From contig OX442314.1 in the NCBI GenBank assembly GCA_949358305.1, positions 13,020,001 through 13,084,000 on the forward strand: 64,000 bases of DNA, written 5' to 3'. Source of the stretch: Strigamia acuminata. Lineage: Eukaryota. Positions 1 through 14,360 of this stretch are shown here, in pieces (the first letter of the stretch is position 1; each line of letters starts with the position of its first letter). The position numbers and the translations under genes were made by a program. The notes below the pieces were generated by a model. That model did no database searches, was not told the DNA's origin, and worked only from the letters and a program-made list of their open reading frames with translations.

Positions 1-3000
1 TTGGTCTCTGGAGACCGATGTTAGAAGACTCCCATGGGTGTCGGTAGCGGCCCAAGTGGGGCAGGCAGTTGAAGGTTAAACGATCTAAAAGTGTAAACTA
101 ACAAATGCTTCAACTGTTTATTGCACATTTTTAGGAAGTCTCTTCTGTTTCCTACCGTTGCCTAGAAATTCGGACCTGGTCACTGGTTTGCCTATTCACA
201 TCAATGCTTTCTTTGGAATAGAGGACAACAGGCGAAGTTTAAAATGGCCGGGTGTAGATCAAGCTCGAGATGTGGATGCTCAATGGAATGAAGCATTACG
301 TGATGGTACAATTGTTATTTTCTTACGTGAAATTTCAACTTTTGGCAATAACTTTCTTTTGATTTGTAGAAGTCATTCCGTACGCTTACGTCCAGTTAAT
401 TTGCTACTGCAGAGATAAATTTGACGTCGCTTCTTATTCGTTATGGCCGGAAATAAACAAGGTTCACGAACGATGGAAGTTGTTGTTGGATAAATTTTAC
501 GCATTACTTTTCAAACAAGCTGTGCTGAAGGTAAAATTGGAAGCTGGTGTGAAAGTGTTGTACTTGTATGTATGATACCGAACTTTTTAAAATTAGGTTT
601 CTAGCAGCGGAAACTGGACCAACTTGAGTAACAACGTGTATGTAGACAATTTAGACAGCATATGCCAGCCTGACATTTCAGCTGCAGTTCGGCAATGGTT
701 GAATGCTGTGCAAACCTGCTATGTCCACGCTCCCGAAAATGTCATCGCAGGAATTGAAAACTATTCACGAGCAATTAAAGGAGTTGTGAATTATATCACG
801 CCCGCCGTCGTTCGTAATGAATTGACAGTAAAATGTCAAAATTGGAACATTGGAGGTAATTTAATGGGTTTTTTTAAGAGTGTTATTTGTTTTTTTAATT
901 AAAATTTTTTATTTCTTGCTCGAAGATCTTCAAAGTCGCGTGTTGCTACTTCAGTATTTCGTCACAAGAAGTGTGATCCCATACGATTTTCACCCGATAA
1001 TCAATCAAGTACTGAATTTGCCATTAATCCCTTTACTGAATGGTGGATTTGGTTCATTGTATTATCCACAATCGAACGGTGTGATATACTTGATGTCCAG
1101 AAAACATCAAGAATTACTTCCTTCAATGCAACATTGCACCACCAATGTTGAAGTACTATCTGGAGAAGTTGTGACATTTTTAACAGATGTTGCCGGTAAG
1201 TTTTAAAATTATTCGTCAATCGGGAATAATTGACCATTTATTCGCAACAGGTATGCAATATGGGGTAGAGAAAATCAATGAAACCAATTTTCCAACTATT
1301 CTCAGAGGCGTTCTACCCGATTTGTGGAAAGGTCAGAAAAATTTCAATTGCAATTTGAATACCAATAACTTCCCGAACAAGACGTGGCTGCTGAAGTTGT
1401 GGGAACTTATACGAGCGGACTATCCGAACGACCTTTCACTCTTTGTGGGAATAACTATACTCGAATGCAGTGCGCAGAATGGTTACTCGAACCTTATTTC
1501 GCTACCAAATCAGAATGAGAGTGTTCTATTCGTGCAAGGTGCGTTTTCTCTTAATTTGGAGCAACTGTTGACTTCTGCCGATGCCATGTCGGTTCCTTCC
1601 ACGATCATGCAGCAACACAAAGCGTTGGAGAAATGTATTAACGTTGGGAGTATAACAAATTTGATAAAATTGCTGCAAAACTGCGATGGCCAAAAGCTAC
1701 AAGTTTCCCTGAACGCAAATCTCGCCGCAAGAAAAGAACTAGTGGCATTTCTTGCAAAATTCGTCCACGAAATTCCACCAGAAGGAAGAAATATTCTACG
1801 AAAACTAACATTATTCGAAATGCTGGTCTTGCCAAGGAATATTAAAGCTAGTACCGCAGCAGTTTCGGTCGATTATTGTTGCACAAACTGGCAGAACATG
1901 AAGACAGTTAATTTTGAAGGATTGCCATTGCAGATCCAGTCGGATGTACCGTTGCTGGATTGCAGAAATTCGGAGTGTTCCACTTTGGCTCAGTGGTTGG
2001 GAGTTGCACAAGCAACGCAAAGCGAGTTGGCTAATAGAATAATTGAACAGAGATATAATTACAACGTCGAAACATTTTCACATCTTATGTTTTGGTGTAT
2101 TGATTATGTTCAAGCTTGGAATGTGAAAAACAGTTTGAAAGACTTCCAGTTTATACGCACTGATGATGGACTTTATCGAGCACCGGTTTTGCTTTTTGAC
2201 CCAACTGTCGTCGAATTGAAAACATTCTTTTCCGATGAATTTGGGAAATTTCCATCTGCCGAGTACGCAGCGCCAAAAGCATTGGAATTTTTACGCGGTT
2301 TGGGGTTAAGAACGTCCGCTAATGACATTACAGCTGACGAGATTGTTCAGACGGCAAAGGCAATCGACAAATTGGGATCTGGCCCGTCGACGAAGAGGAA
2401 TTACTTCATCCAAATTCTGCAGGCTCATTTCAAAAAGTTGACAATACCACAAATGAATATGATGAAGGAGTTGAAATTATTTTGTGCTAAAACGGCTCCT
2501 CCCAAAGATTTTCCGAGCGGTTTACCGTGGTTTGGCACCGGCAAAGAGAGTGTATGTTACCCGGCAGTTAATATGACGCAAGAAGAATGCGCTTTTGTCG
2601 TTGGGTCTGTGATGCCAGTATTGGAAACAGCTTTCCCGCAAGATTTTGTGAACGCTTTTGGATTCGTTGGTTTCAATGATATTGAAACTAGGATGGTCGT
2701 ATCGCAGCTTAAAACTTTAGCGCAACATTCTTGCAATATGCAAATAAATAACCCGACTTTTCAATCCATGATGTACAAACTGTACAAGGCCTTATCCAAA
2801 AACGATGTTTCTGAAGTTCAGGCGATTCTGACTGCTCAAGACGTCCAGGAATGGGTCTGGGCCGGCGATAAGTTTCTTCAACCCACAAAAATTGTAACCA
2901 AATGGACACATTTTAGATCTGGTTTAGCACCCTATCTGTACAGTCTGCCGGGATTTCTGCAAGAACAGTCATTGGAAGTAATGTTTCGTACAATGGGAGG

Positions 3001-6000
3001 ATTGGAAGATGACGGTCCGAATTTGGGAAGAAGAGTGCTACGGGAGATCATAAATGAACACAAAAATGGTCTAGTAACGGAAAGCGAAAACAAGAGAGAT
3101 TTCAACTATGTTCGATCCATTCTGGAAATACTTTCCGACAATTTAGACGTGGATGAAGACGTAGAAGTTCCGATAAAGCGAAATGCACTCGCGTTAACAT
3201 TTTTACCGGCAAGTCGGTGTAAATTCAACGACTGCGGCAACTACGAAGCTCTTCTAGTGGACAACGAAGACGAGGATGACATATTAACCCATAGCGATTT
3301 GCCCAACGAGTTGTGCCGGAAGTTGGGAGCGACGCCGCTATCGAATGCCGTTTTGGACGCGGAAGAGTACGAACAGCACGAGTCTATGCTTCAACGCCTG
3401 AAGAACATATTGGAGGAATATCCGGCAGATGCGACCATTTTCCAAGAGTTGATTCAAAACGCTGATGATGCGAAAGCCGGACGAGTCGGATTCCTGTTGG
3501 ATATGCGAGAAAACGCGCAATGGAGAACATCGGTGCTGTACAAGGAATCCGGCATGGAGAAATTCCAAGGACCCGCACTCTGGGTGTTTAACGACGCCAC
3601 TTTTACTGACGAGGATTTCAAGAATATTTTGAGTGTTGGAGGCGCAACGAAGCGCAATCATTCGGAAAAGATTGGATCGTTTGGAGTCGGGTTTAACTGC
3701 GTTTATCACTTGACCGACATGCCGAGTTTCGTGAGCAGAGAATTCTTGGCCTTTTTAGATCCGCACAAACATCGCCTGCCAAGAACTGGAGGCATCCGAT
3801 TCAATCTGGAGAATAAGCCGCGCAAATTAGAATCATTTGCTGATCAGTTTCGACCGTACAAAAATGTATTTGGCTGCGATTTATCGTACAAACGGGAAGG
3901 AGTGGACTATTCGCATACCCTTTTTAGATTGCCATTGCGGGATTCGGAAATGAGTGCAACTTCACAATTGAGTAGAAATTCTTACGACCTTTTCAAGATG
4001 CAGACGCTGTTGAAGGGATTTGGTCAAACTGCGAGCCATGTTATGCTATTTTTACTTAATGTTACAACGCTTCAAGTGGATTACCTTGCAAATAAAAGCA
4101 ACAATCCACAAAATAAGCAAAATCTATTGGTTGTTGAGAAGTCAGTATCTCCATTGATGGATAGTTTTGTGGATCAAAACGCTTTGATTCAAAGTGTGAA
4201 AACGAAGATTTCTAGCAATCAGCGTTTTATGTCTGTGCATTACGCCGAAATTGCGAAAATGTCACTTACCAGTGGAACGGATCCTTTTTCCATGTGCGAA
4301 AGAAGTGGAGTTGAAGCATGGATTTCACAATGGAGTGCGAGTGACGATAAAGCTTATCAGTTGGCATCGTCATCAGAAGGTCAAGAAGCTGGCCTGATGC
4401 CGGTCGTGGCTATTGCGGTAAACTTAGGAATACTGGAGAACAAGCACAACGTAAGTTAAATTCTAGTGGGAATCCAGCATAATACAGAATGGAAACTTGG
4501 TACCATCATTGGGGATTAAACGGATTTCTGGGAAAATTGTTAGAGCGCTGCCGTTCTGTATTATTCTGCGATGTTAAATTAATGTTTAAAAAATGTTTTT
4601 TTTTCTTCTTTTTTTACAGGTTGTTAAAACATCAGGATTAGCCTTCTGTTATTTACCTTTACCTGTTGAGACGGGTTTGCCATTTCATTTGCACGCTGCA
4701 TTTGCTTTGGCTGCAAACCGACGCCATTTATGGACAGAAAATACGGGCGGCATGGGAAACTTGAAGTCTCGATGGAACGAGGCATTGAAAACGGAGGCTC
4801 TGGTTACATGTTTCACAGAGTTGCTGGATAAGTTGAAATCTTCAGATGAATACCACGAATTGGAGGATTACAAGTTTGACTATATTTGGCCCGTTCTTGG
4901 CAATGTTCACCACGAGTTTCACGGATTTGTCGAAAGAGTTTACCACAAATTGTGCAAATCTGACGCGTGTCTGTGGAAAACCGACGATGGACGATGGATT
5001 ACATTTGCGCAGTCACGTTTCTTAAATTTTTCAATTCTGTGGTCGCAAAAGTTTTGCGATGCTGCTAAACGAGCAATGAAAAGAGAATTTCAACTAATTG
5101 CACCCGAGTGCGGCTTGGTTTTCATTTCTCCCGAAGTTCAATATAGTGTGGAGACATTTTTCAAAGATGAATTCGATGCAAAATCGTTCGACGAAGTCAA
5201 GTTTTTCTCCAACATTTATTTCCCGCATATAAAACACTACGACTGTGACCTTGCCAACGAGATTCTCCTAGAAATCTTAATCACTACGCACGCTCATGAA
5301 CAATACTTGAGACAATTATTGGAGGATACTCCGTGCATTCCAGCTGGTGTGGATGGCGGTGTCAGAGTCCGACCCATGGATTTGGTTCATTCTGAATGTG
5401 CAATCCATAAACTGTACTTTGAAGGCGAAAATAGATTTCCTCATGGAGAATTCAGAAAACCAGAAATTCAAAAGATTCTGATCTCATTTGGAATGCCCGC
5501 GACTGCTTCGACTGAAATGTTGCTGGAACGTGCACAAACGGTGCAACTTCTGTTCGATCAGGGATTAGTCGAAGAAGCAAAAACAAGAAGCAAACTTATT
5601 TTGGATAATCTTACGGGACACCACATTTCGGATTCAATTTACGAAAAGCTTCTGAGGATTTCATTTGTGTTTGCTTTGTCACAACCTTCCGATTGGGCTT
5701 TACCGTGGTACAATTCAAAAGCTGGAAATCGTGTTTATAGTCCTCAAGAGGTTTTTTCGAAGAATTCGACAAAAGCTGTGTGTTTTGTAGCGCCTATTTT
5801 GGACGATGAAGGCGTACAAAATGCAAGCACATTGAGTAACCAATTAGGATGTTCACGCCATATTCCTTCCCCCAGACTGGTTTTGGAACAACTAAGGATT
5901 TTATCTTCATTATTGCCAATGAAGTGCACGACACAGCAAATTGAAATGGTAAGTTATTCATTTATTTTTGGCAGTGAGTACAAGTATCTTTCGATTTACA

Positions 6001-9000
6001 CGATTAATTGATTCAGAAATCACACGAATCGAATTAGCATTGGAGATTGGGTCAACAGGAGGTGGACATTCTCGTCAATATGTGCACACAATTTTTAGGG
6101 CCCAATGAGTTCTACATGGATTCATTTGCATTGTATTTTTTTGAAATCGCATTATAGCCAAATCCTGTAAAGGGAGACTTCGTATAACGAGGGATACTTG
6201 TACGCAATTGCAACAACTGTGTGAATGCATTTGATTCATAATTCTTTTTTTTCAAAGATGCAAGACATCGTGTCAGAATGTTACAAGACACTCCAAAGCC
6301 TGTTGAAATCTGCTTCCGAACACCTGGAACCATTAATCAACGAATTTTCAACTTTACCGCTTCTGCTGTTTAATCCGGCAGTATTTGTACCTTGCCACTA
6401 TGTATGCTGCGAACATACACCGGAGATGTATGCGCCTTACTTATATTCGATTAAGGGAACGGCATACGAGAAATATGCGGATTTGTTGTTGAAGTTTGGT
6501 ATAAAGCAGGCGTTCTCTATTGAGGATTACATTGATGCTTTACAACGAATGAAAGAAAAACATGGCAATAATCAATTACCTGCAGATACACTTCAGATTG
6601 CTGTACATTTGTGCAAAAATATATCGGACGCTATCGATGACGATGAGTCATCAGCTAATCTGGACGGGTTGTTGGTACTTGATCAAAAGGGGATTTTGTT
6701 CCCGGTCTCCAGTTTGACTTTCTGGGAACTGGACATGAAAGAAATCCCTGAAAAACTTATGGTTGGTGCCAATATTTGCAATGGGAAGATTCCTCGAGTT
6801 ATTGCGCTGAAACTTGGAGTTCGTATTCAACGTGAAATGGTAGCGCAAATGTTTTACAAACCATTATTTGAAATCGGGGAGAGTTTTGGCCAGCACGAAG
6901 AACTGACAACAAGAATACACAACATATTGGACGAATACAGCAGCAACTCTGACGTAATAAACGAAATGATCCAAAATGCGGATGATGCCGGCGCCACCGA
7001 AATTCGCTTCATACTGGACCAAAGGCAACTACCGATCGACTCGAATCTTCTAAGTGACAACTGGAAGCATCTGCAAGGACCTTCACTCATCGTATACAAC
7101 AACAAAACATTTGAAGAAAAGGATTTTGAGGGAATCCGAGATCTGGGGCTTGGGAGTAAACGTGAAGATCCAAATTTGACTGGCAAGTTCGGCATCGGTT
7201 TCAACACTGTTTATCGCCTGACGGACGTACCAATGTTTATTAGTAACAATGCAGTTTTGTGTGTCTTGGACCCGCACATGGAGTACGTGCCTACAGCCAC
7301 TGCAAAAGCTCCTGGTGGAAAATTCGACTTGACTGAAGATTTTGAAGCGACCTACGCAAACATAATGCTCGGATTTAAACCGGTTGACGACTTAAAGCTT
7401 GAGAAGTCAACTGTGTTTCGATTGCCGCTCAGAAGCAGAGGGCAAGTGATACAATCGAAGATTGCAGATCCAATTGAACTGAAGGAATTGATCGAGATTT
7501 TTAATAAGTTCGAGTCTGAAGCAGTGGATTTTTTTTTCTTTTTAAAGAATGTGGAAAAAATTCGAATTAGTTACGTCGATCACAACGGAAAGTTATATAA
7601 AGACTTGAGTTTCGTTTCTGAAATGTCTAACGAGGATAGGAGCAAAAAGAACAATTTCTTAAACGTTTTGAGAAGTAAAAATGAACTTGTTGAAGATGCA
7701 ACTGTTATGTACAGAATTACTGTCGGAAATGGTGAGAAATCGGAGCAATCAATGAAATTCAAATGGCAGATATTGCAAAGTCTAAGCTGCATGAAAGATG
7801 AGTTGCCACCCGAAGTGGCGAAGTTGAGAGAAACTGGAAAGTTGAAGGCATTGCCATTAGTCGGCATCGCAATGCCGCTTCACTCAAATCAATACAATAA
7901 ACGAACGTATACAACTTTACCATTGCCAGGGAACAACGAATTACCGATTCACGTCAATGGTAAATTCATGCTGGACCAAGGCAGGAAGCAGTGCCACTTG
8001 GTAGGGGATGGCTCGTACAAGAAACAATGGAATGAATACTTAATCACCAAAGTATTAGCTCCGTTATACATCCAGGCGCTTGAAATTGTAAAAAACAATG
8101 TCAATTTGGAATGGGAAAAAACTCATTCGGATATAGGCGATGACATAAAATATCAAGAAATTCTCATGAAGAGGTACCAACAGTATTTACCGACAACGAA
8201 TGACCAACAACCGATTGGACATATTATGTTGAAGGAAATTTACCATTTGTTGCATAAAAATAACTTGGATTTAACTTTTGGTATCAAAATTGATAATTAT
8301 ATGAGGCGAACTTTGACGTGGTTACCAATGTCTGAGGGTATACTTGACAAACTTGTTGAGAAAGAAGAACAGCCACTTGTTAGACTTTCAACAGGGGTTA
8401 CTGGGGAACAGAAGAAGGTCAATACAACAACAAAAAATGATCATATTCGCAGCTTATTAGAAATAGTTAGTTTTCCAAAATATCACTTGGGTTTTAATCG
8501 GGTCGTGGTGGAAATTTGCAGCACTGTAGAAATGGAGCCAAATGTTATAACCCCGATTGGCGTAGCAGAACACATGAAAAAAGTTGAAGACAACAAACTA
8601 GTTTTAAAAGCAAGTGTAGAAAAATTACCGGTAGAATTGGCAAAAACAATTTTAAACGACAGCATGATTCATTGTTGCTTAAAATTCATACTAAAAGCAG
8701 AAAATGTTGAATTGGAAAACATTCCGCTCTTGTTGACAGCAGATGGTTATCTTCGCCGATTTTCTGCAGATTATGAAGTGTACGATGCCTCAAACGCTGA
8801 ACTTTTGCCAAGTCAAGGAAACCTATTCTGTAGTCCGTTCATCAACTTTACCGCCATGCCTGTGAAATATTGCCGCAAATTTGATGTTGCTGTTTTAGCT
8901 CAACACCTGCACAATGAATTACCCGATCTGTTTGGAGAATGTCAGAAAAAGCAACGACTTCAAAATATGGAGCTTATTTATAAAATCTTCCACTATTTAG

Positions 9001-12000
9001 CAAAAGATTCCGAAAATCGAGATTCAGCATTGGAGCGCGTTAAGCCATTGGAAGATTGGGCCTTACTGCCGGTGACTGTTCTTGACGCTCAAGAAACAAC
9101 GAAGGACTTTCTTGTTACACTTCGATATGCACCTATTATCATATTGAAGATGAAGATGAAGATGAAGATGAAGATGAAGATGAGAGTGGTTAAGTTGTAT
9201 GGCTGCTTAAGAAAACTTGGAGTGATGTTTGCAGACGTTAGCGATTTTTTTAAACCCGTTATGATGGGGAATTCACATCGGGTTTTAAAGGACTTCTTCA
9301 GCTGTCTCTGCGCTTGTCCACAGTCACCAGAAACCATAGTGAATGTGCTGTACTCGGCTCTGAGTAATGAAGTCCAAGAGGCAAATTTTGATCGCTTAAG
9401 TAACAAGGAGAAGAAAGTGTTGTTGGATTTCATCATTGAATCATTTTCGCATTCCATTAAAGACAATGAGACGCACATAGTGAAGAAGATTAAAGCATTG
9501 TCATTATTTCGAACGTTGGAAGGTAACTTCGTTAATTTGGAAGCCAAGTGCGATTACATTGTTTGTACACAGAGAATTGAAGGTGCTGAATTGGACAGAT
9601 TAAAGGACTTGGCAAATACAATATTACTTAAGAAAGAACTAAATAAGGAGGGAAAATTTTGCACAAATCTTAACATTTCTGTAATGTCCGATGTTGATTT
9701 GTATGCAAAATATATTATTCCAAACATGGCTAAATTCAGTATGCTGTCTATATTTGAACATCTGAAGTGGTTGCGTTTTGTAGCCTGGAGCAAAAAAAAA
9801 GATACATTATTCGAGCAGCTTGGAAAAACGCCATTCTTGCGAATAAACAATGGACAGTTTAGAGCAATTGCAGATTTGTACAGTGATTGTATTAAGAGAG
9901 AGTTTGAAACTATGATTCCCGAAGAAGAGTTTCTGCCAGGAGCGTTTTCAAAACTTTTAGAAAATAAGGAGAATTTAATTGAGTGGAATTTATATTTGCA
10001 AAGACTTGGTCTGAAATATGAACTTAGTGCTCACGCTTTTATCCAGTTAGCGAAAAACTTAGAATGTGAAGTTTCGGACAAAGAAACACTCGAACTAAAG
10101 AGCCAAATACTTGTGAAGTACCTATCCGTGCACTGCTACAGAATGACTAAAAACTTAGACTCTTTTTGTAGTCAAGTGTCATCTATTAGGTTTATCTACA
10201 GTCACGTTATACCGGAAGACCTCAGTTTCTTACATCAACAGACTGTTGAATCTAATGGACTAATATGTTATCGGAATAGCGTTGTCTGTGAGAACGAACG
10301 AGTTTGTTGGACAATTTCCAAGTTGTTGCCAAAATGGAGTTTACCTTCCGGTTTGAAGAGTGCAATTGAGCATCTGGCGTATCTCGAGCAGCCGAGTGTA
10401 GAAGATGTTACGACACACACGGAAAATATTTGCAACCGTTTGCAGAAATTAAAATTCGAGGAAAATACCACAACTAACATTAATGGAGTTAAAGAAATAA
10501 AATTACTCGGCGATGTTCTGGCAGAAATATTCGTTTTTCTGAAAGACAAATTGGATCAAAAGTCGCATTTGGCTGATCTATTGAAAAAAGTGCCTTGTGT
10601 ACTCGTGGAAAATGAAAGAGCACTGGTGCGTCCTGATCAAGTTGTTTTTCAAAGTCCTGAGATTGATGAGTGTCCGCCATTTTTGTACAACTTACCAGCG
10701 AAATTATATAGGTAAATAATTAATATTTTGAATATCGCCTTCATAATTTTACTAATTTTTTTTAAATTTATTAAATATTTTTAGCTATCTCGAAGTTCTT
10801 CAAAAAATTGGCACGGAAAAATTGGTCACTCATCGCCACTACAGTTCAGCCTTGAATATGTTCCACGCCACATACGGAGAAGGACCGATACTAAACCCAA
10901 ATGTGAAACTGAGTCTTAAAAATGCATACGTTGGTTTTTTGACTGAATTAAGAAAAGACGGTGCCGTATTACCGATAACTGAAGAACTCTATTTACCAGA
11001 CGAACATTTTTGTTTGGTGAAGAGCACCCAAATTATTGTTCTTGATCTTGACGGTAAAATTGACGTAGAATTACTGGCTCAAATGGATGGGAAGAAATGG
11101 AACACTGCAATGATCTCCGAAATGGATGGATCTACATCAACATTTGCAAGTGCTTTGTTGCACTTACCGACACTAATCCGACCAAAGTCATACGACCACT
11201 ATATAAGCGAAACATTATCCAATAATTGTGAAAAATGTGCGGGAATTGAAAATGATTGCAAGGACAAGGACAGAATTCAGAGTTTGTTTTACGATTCCAT
11301 GTTCACTCGTATTGTCACGAAAGTAATTAATCGCCATTCGTTTCACATGGAAGGAAGGGAAGCCAAGCTAGACGAAATTGCCGCCTTTTTCACCGACATA
11401 ACTGTGAGTTGTTATGCTATTTTGAAGATAGCAAAACGGGTTAAAGGAAGTGAAAAAGTATTGAACGAAACGAGCGTTGCAACGTATTGGCATAAAACAA
11501 GAAGCAATGCCGTTGATTTCATGGTTGCTCACGAACATGCAGACATGAAGACTAATTTCGTGGATAATTTAGTAAACATGGTTAATTCAGCTTGTCCATT
11601 TAAATCGCCTTCAGCTGCGAGCCATTTTCGTTCAATCTTCGACAAGTTGGATTTGTCTCGGCCATACGAATCTTTGAAAGAAATAATGAGAAGGGAATTA
11701 CCAGACGGTGACATTGAAGATGACTATCGACCTAAATTGGGTTCATACGTTCCAGACGATGTGAGCGGTTTATTGGATCCTAATCCGTTTAATTATTACA
11801 AGCCACTTGAATACATCGCGATTGAAACGGATGATCACAAAATTTACATTTATGGCCGGGTAGTAGAAAAAATCGAAGAAATTGACAACGATGGCTCACT
11901 CATGTGTAGATACAAAGTTGATGTTGGTGGAAACACGCCAGTCGAGAAAACGGCTTTGGACATTTACAAGTTTATTTCTAATAAACAACTCAAAAGAGAA

Positions 12001-13106
12001 GTACACAAAGAGTATCCAGAATTGATGTTGGTTTGCTCAGACAGTCAAGGCGACAGTGGAACTGATAGACTTTCGCGACCAATGCAAGAAATCATGGATG
12101 AAATATCCGATCAAATCGAAGAAATTTGGAGAACTGTGCCACCTGAAAAAAGGGAATCAGCAATTCGTCGTTTGTACATGCTGTGGCATCCGGATAAGCA
12201 TCCTGATAATAAAGAAGTATGTGAGGAAGCCTGCAAGTTTCTGCAGAATGAAGTTCGTCGTGTAGAAAATGGATTGCCCAGAAAGAAGAGAGAGTAATAT
12301 GATTTTTTTTTCATGTTAAATGTCTCAATTTTTAAAATTTAAAATTTTGCGTTTTCAGTGAAGCAAAACCGTCGAAGTTTTGGGACGGTAATTTCGATCA
12401 GTGGGATAAACGGGCCAGACGAGAAGGAAAGAGACGCCGAAATTACAACCGAAGGGCGCGAGATAATTGGGGCCATTTTTCAGCGCCTAGAAGCTCGGAC
12501 GTGCCACGGAGTTTTGCAAAAAGTTTAAATCCAGCGGCGAAACTTTGGTGCCAACAGGCCAAATTCGATTTAGACGCAGCTCTGAGCTTAGTTTCTCTTG
12601 CTAATCCGTCTTTTGAATGGGTTTTATACATATGTTATCAGGTATTGAGAGGAATAAATTGTTATTTTTATTTTATAAAAATTAATAAATTTTGTGTTTG
12701 TTTTTAGGTAGCGCGGAAATGTTTGATTGCTTTGTTGTTTACAAAAACTTTGTATGAAAATCAAAGTACTAATTTAATGGAATTAACTATGGATGTGTTA
12801 GAAGCGTTTGGGGAGGATCCGGGCGAAGTGCACGAGTCAGTGAAGGTGAATTTAACACGATTTTAAAAAAAAAATGTTTAATTTTTTATTTTGAGTTGTT
12901 TTACACACACAATTACATTTTTCTAGTTTCTTGTTTCCAAAGAAGTTGATGAAGTTCGTCCTCTGAAACCACTTTGCGGCAAAACGAATCATCAGAACTA
13001 TGTGCAGTACAGCGAGTGTTGTACGGAAGTTTTGGGGGCAGTTAAAAAATTACTGACTGTAGCTCAACATTTTACAAGTATAAAACAAAGTGAAAGTGAA
13101 GAATAA
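1..13106 (+). CDS. SACS: Sacsin-like protein, copy 1 (5'-partial; end of SRR1, then SRR2 and SRR3 HSP90-like ATPase repeats, J domain, HEPN)
   Basis: Exons read by eye: <1-74, 135-~305, ~370-530, ~597-856, ~925-1195, 1251-4450, 4620-5948, 6258-10711, 10785-~12292, 12358-12641, 12708-12845, 12927-13106 (TAA). Motifs: GSLFCFLPLP..TGLPIHINAFF, FQELIQNADDAKA/GSFGVGFNCVYHLTD, NEMIQNADDAGA/GKFGIGFNTVYRLTD, RRLYMLWHPDKHP (J domain), AKLWCQQAKFDL..EWVLYICYQVARKCLIA (HEPN). Confidence 0.93.
4475..4568. repeat. Intronic inverted repeat (18-bp arms, 16/18 match); possible MITE relic
   Basis: CAGCATAATACAGAATGG at 4475-4492 pairs with CCGTTCTGTATTATTCTG at 4551-4568, inside sacsin intron 4451-4619. Confidence 0.55.
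9145..9183 (+). repeat. Coding hexanucleotide microsatellite (TGAAGA)6 encoding (KM)6
   Basis: Six perfect TGAAGA units in frame within the large sacsin exon. Confidence 0.95.
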
Positions 13107-14094
13107 TTTTTTTCCTTATTATAATTATTATATTTCCATTAATAACATTTTCATCTTACATGTTTTAGTCAAGTCATTTGATTCGTATAATTTAAATATT
13201 GAATCTTAACTGTTTTTATGCAGTGTAACTAATTCATGTTAGTCTACTTAAAAAAGTGTATTTTATGATTTGTATTGTACTTACTCCGTGTGTGAATTTT
13301 CTATATTTAACTGTAATTGTATTTTTCATACACAAGTTTAAATATTTTCTGAGATGTTTTTTTTGTTCTTGACTTGATTTTGAAATTTTTTATTGGTTAA
13401 TAAATGGTACATTCTAGTATTTGCTTAGTCTCGTTGCTAGTTGCGATTCGCTATTTAGATTCAGTTTTGGTTTATCTTTCCATTTCACAGCCATGGGTTG
13501 ATCAATAAATAACGAACAATAACTAATTTTTTTCTGAAATTAATCAAGGAGATAACCAACTGTTATTCCGCTTCTCGCAGAGACTATTTTTAGACAAGAT
13601 TCTTCCAAAGTTGATGCTAATTTTGAATAAAGCATGGTAAGTGAATAAATTACAGAACCTAAATGTATGACTAGCAAGAGACTTTATTTATATTCGATCT
13701 TCTTAAAATACTATCAGAAAGTTATACTGATCGTTGTGGGCTAATTAAACTAACTTACTTTCTTCATACCTGAACATGTAAGCAACAAACATAAAATTAT
13801 CAAGATGAAAATGTATTTAAATGTTTGTATTTTTCCCTTTTTTATTTAAAAAGTAGTAATTTGGTTTACAGTATGGAAAAATGCTGGCTTTATTAGACAT
13901 ATTTCATATGACTACGGTATGTTTGGTTTCAAAAATATATACCAGAAAATACAAAATACAATGCTTTGGATCGTGGTAGGTAGCGCGCATTGAGGAAGAG
14001 CGAAATCGAATTGCGCTCTTGATCAAACGCGCCTTTTCAACAGTGTTGCTGCATTGCGCGCTTTTTCAATTCGGCTGATTGTTATGTAATTTAT

Positions 14095-14360
14095 TTTCGC
14101 GTTATTTCAATTGGTGTATTTCTAATTTTGCGGTTATTCAGTTTGTTTTTTTATGATTTAGCTGTTCTTCAATTTTTGTTTTTATGGTTTTGCGGTTCTT
14201 CAATTTGTTTTTTTTTTGTAATTCTGCGCTTATTCAATTTGTTTTAAAATTATTTTGCGGTTATTCAATGTGTTTTAAAATTATTTTGCGGTTATTCAAT
14301 GTGTTTTAAAATTATTTTGCGGTTATTCAATGTGTTTTAAAATTATTTTGCGGTTATTCA
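14095..14360. repeat. ~31-bp minisatellite (GCGGTTATTCAATGTGTTTTAAAATTATTTT), about 8-9 units
   Basis: Three identical units plus a partial unit at ~14257-14360; units become progressively more degenerate leftward. Confidence 0.9.

Noticed and set aside
1187..10715. Horizontal transfer of bacterial sacsin/HEPN defence genes, suggested by very long ORFs
   Set aside because: Spliceosomal introns and the animal SRR-J-HEPN architecture are present; giant exons are typical of sacsin genes.
14095..14360. CRISPR-like array of ~31-bp period
   Set aside because: Units are contiguous and the inter-core segments are homologous or identical, so there are no unique spacers; no cas genes are present and the context is eukaryotic.
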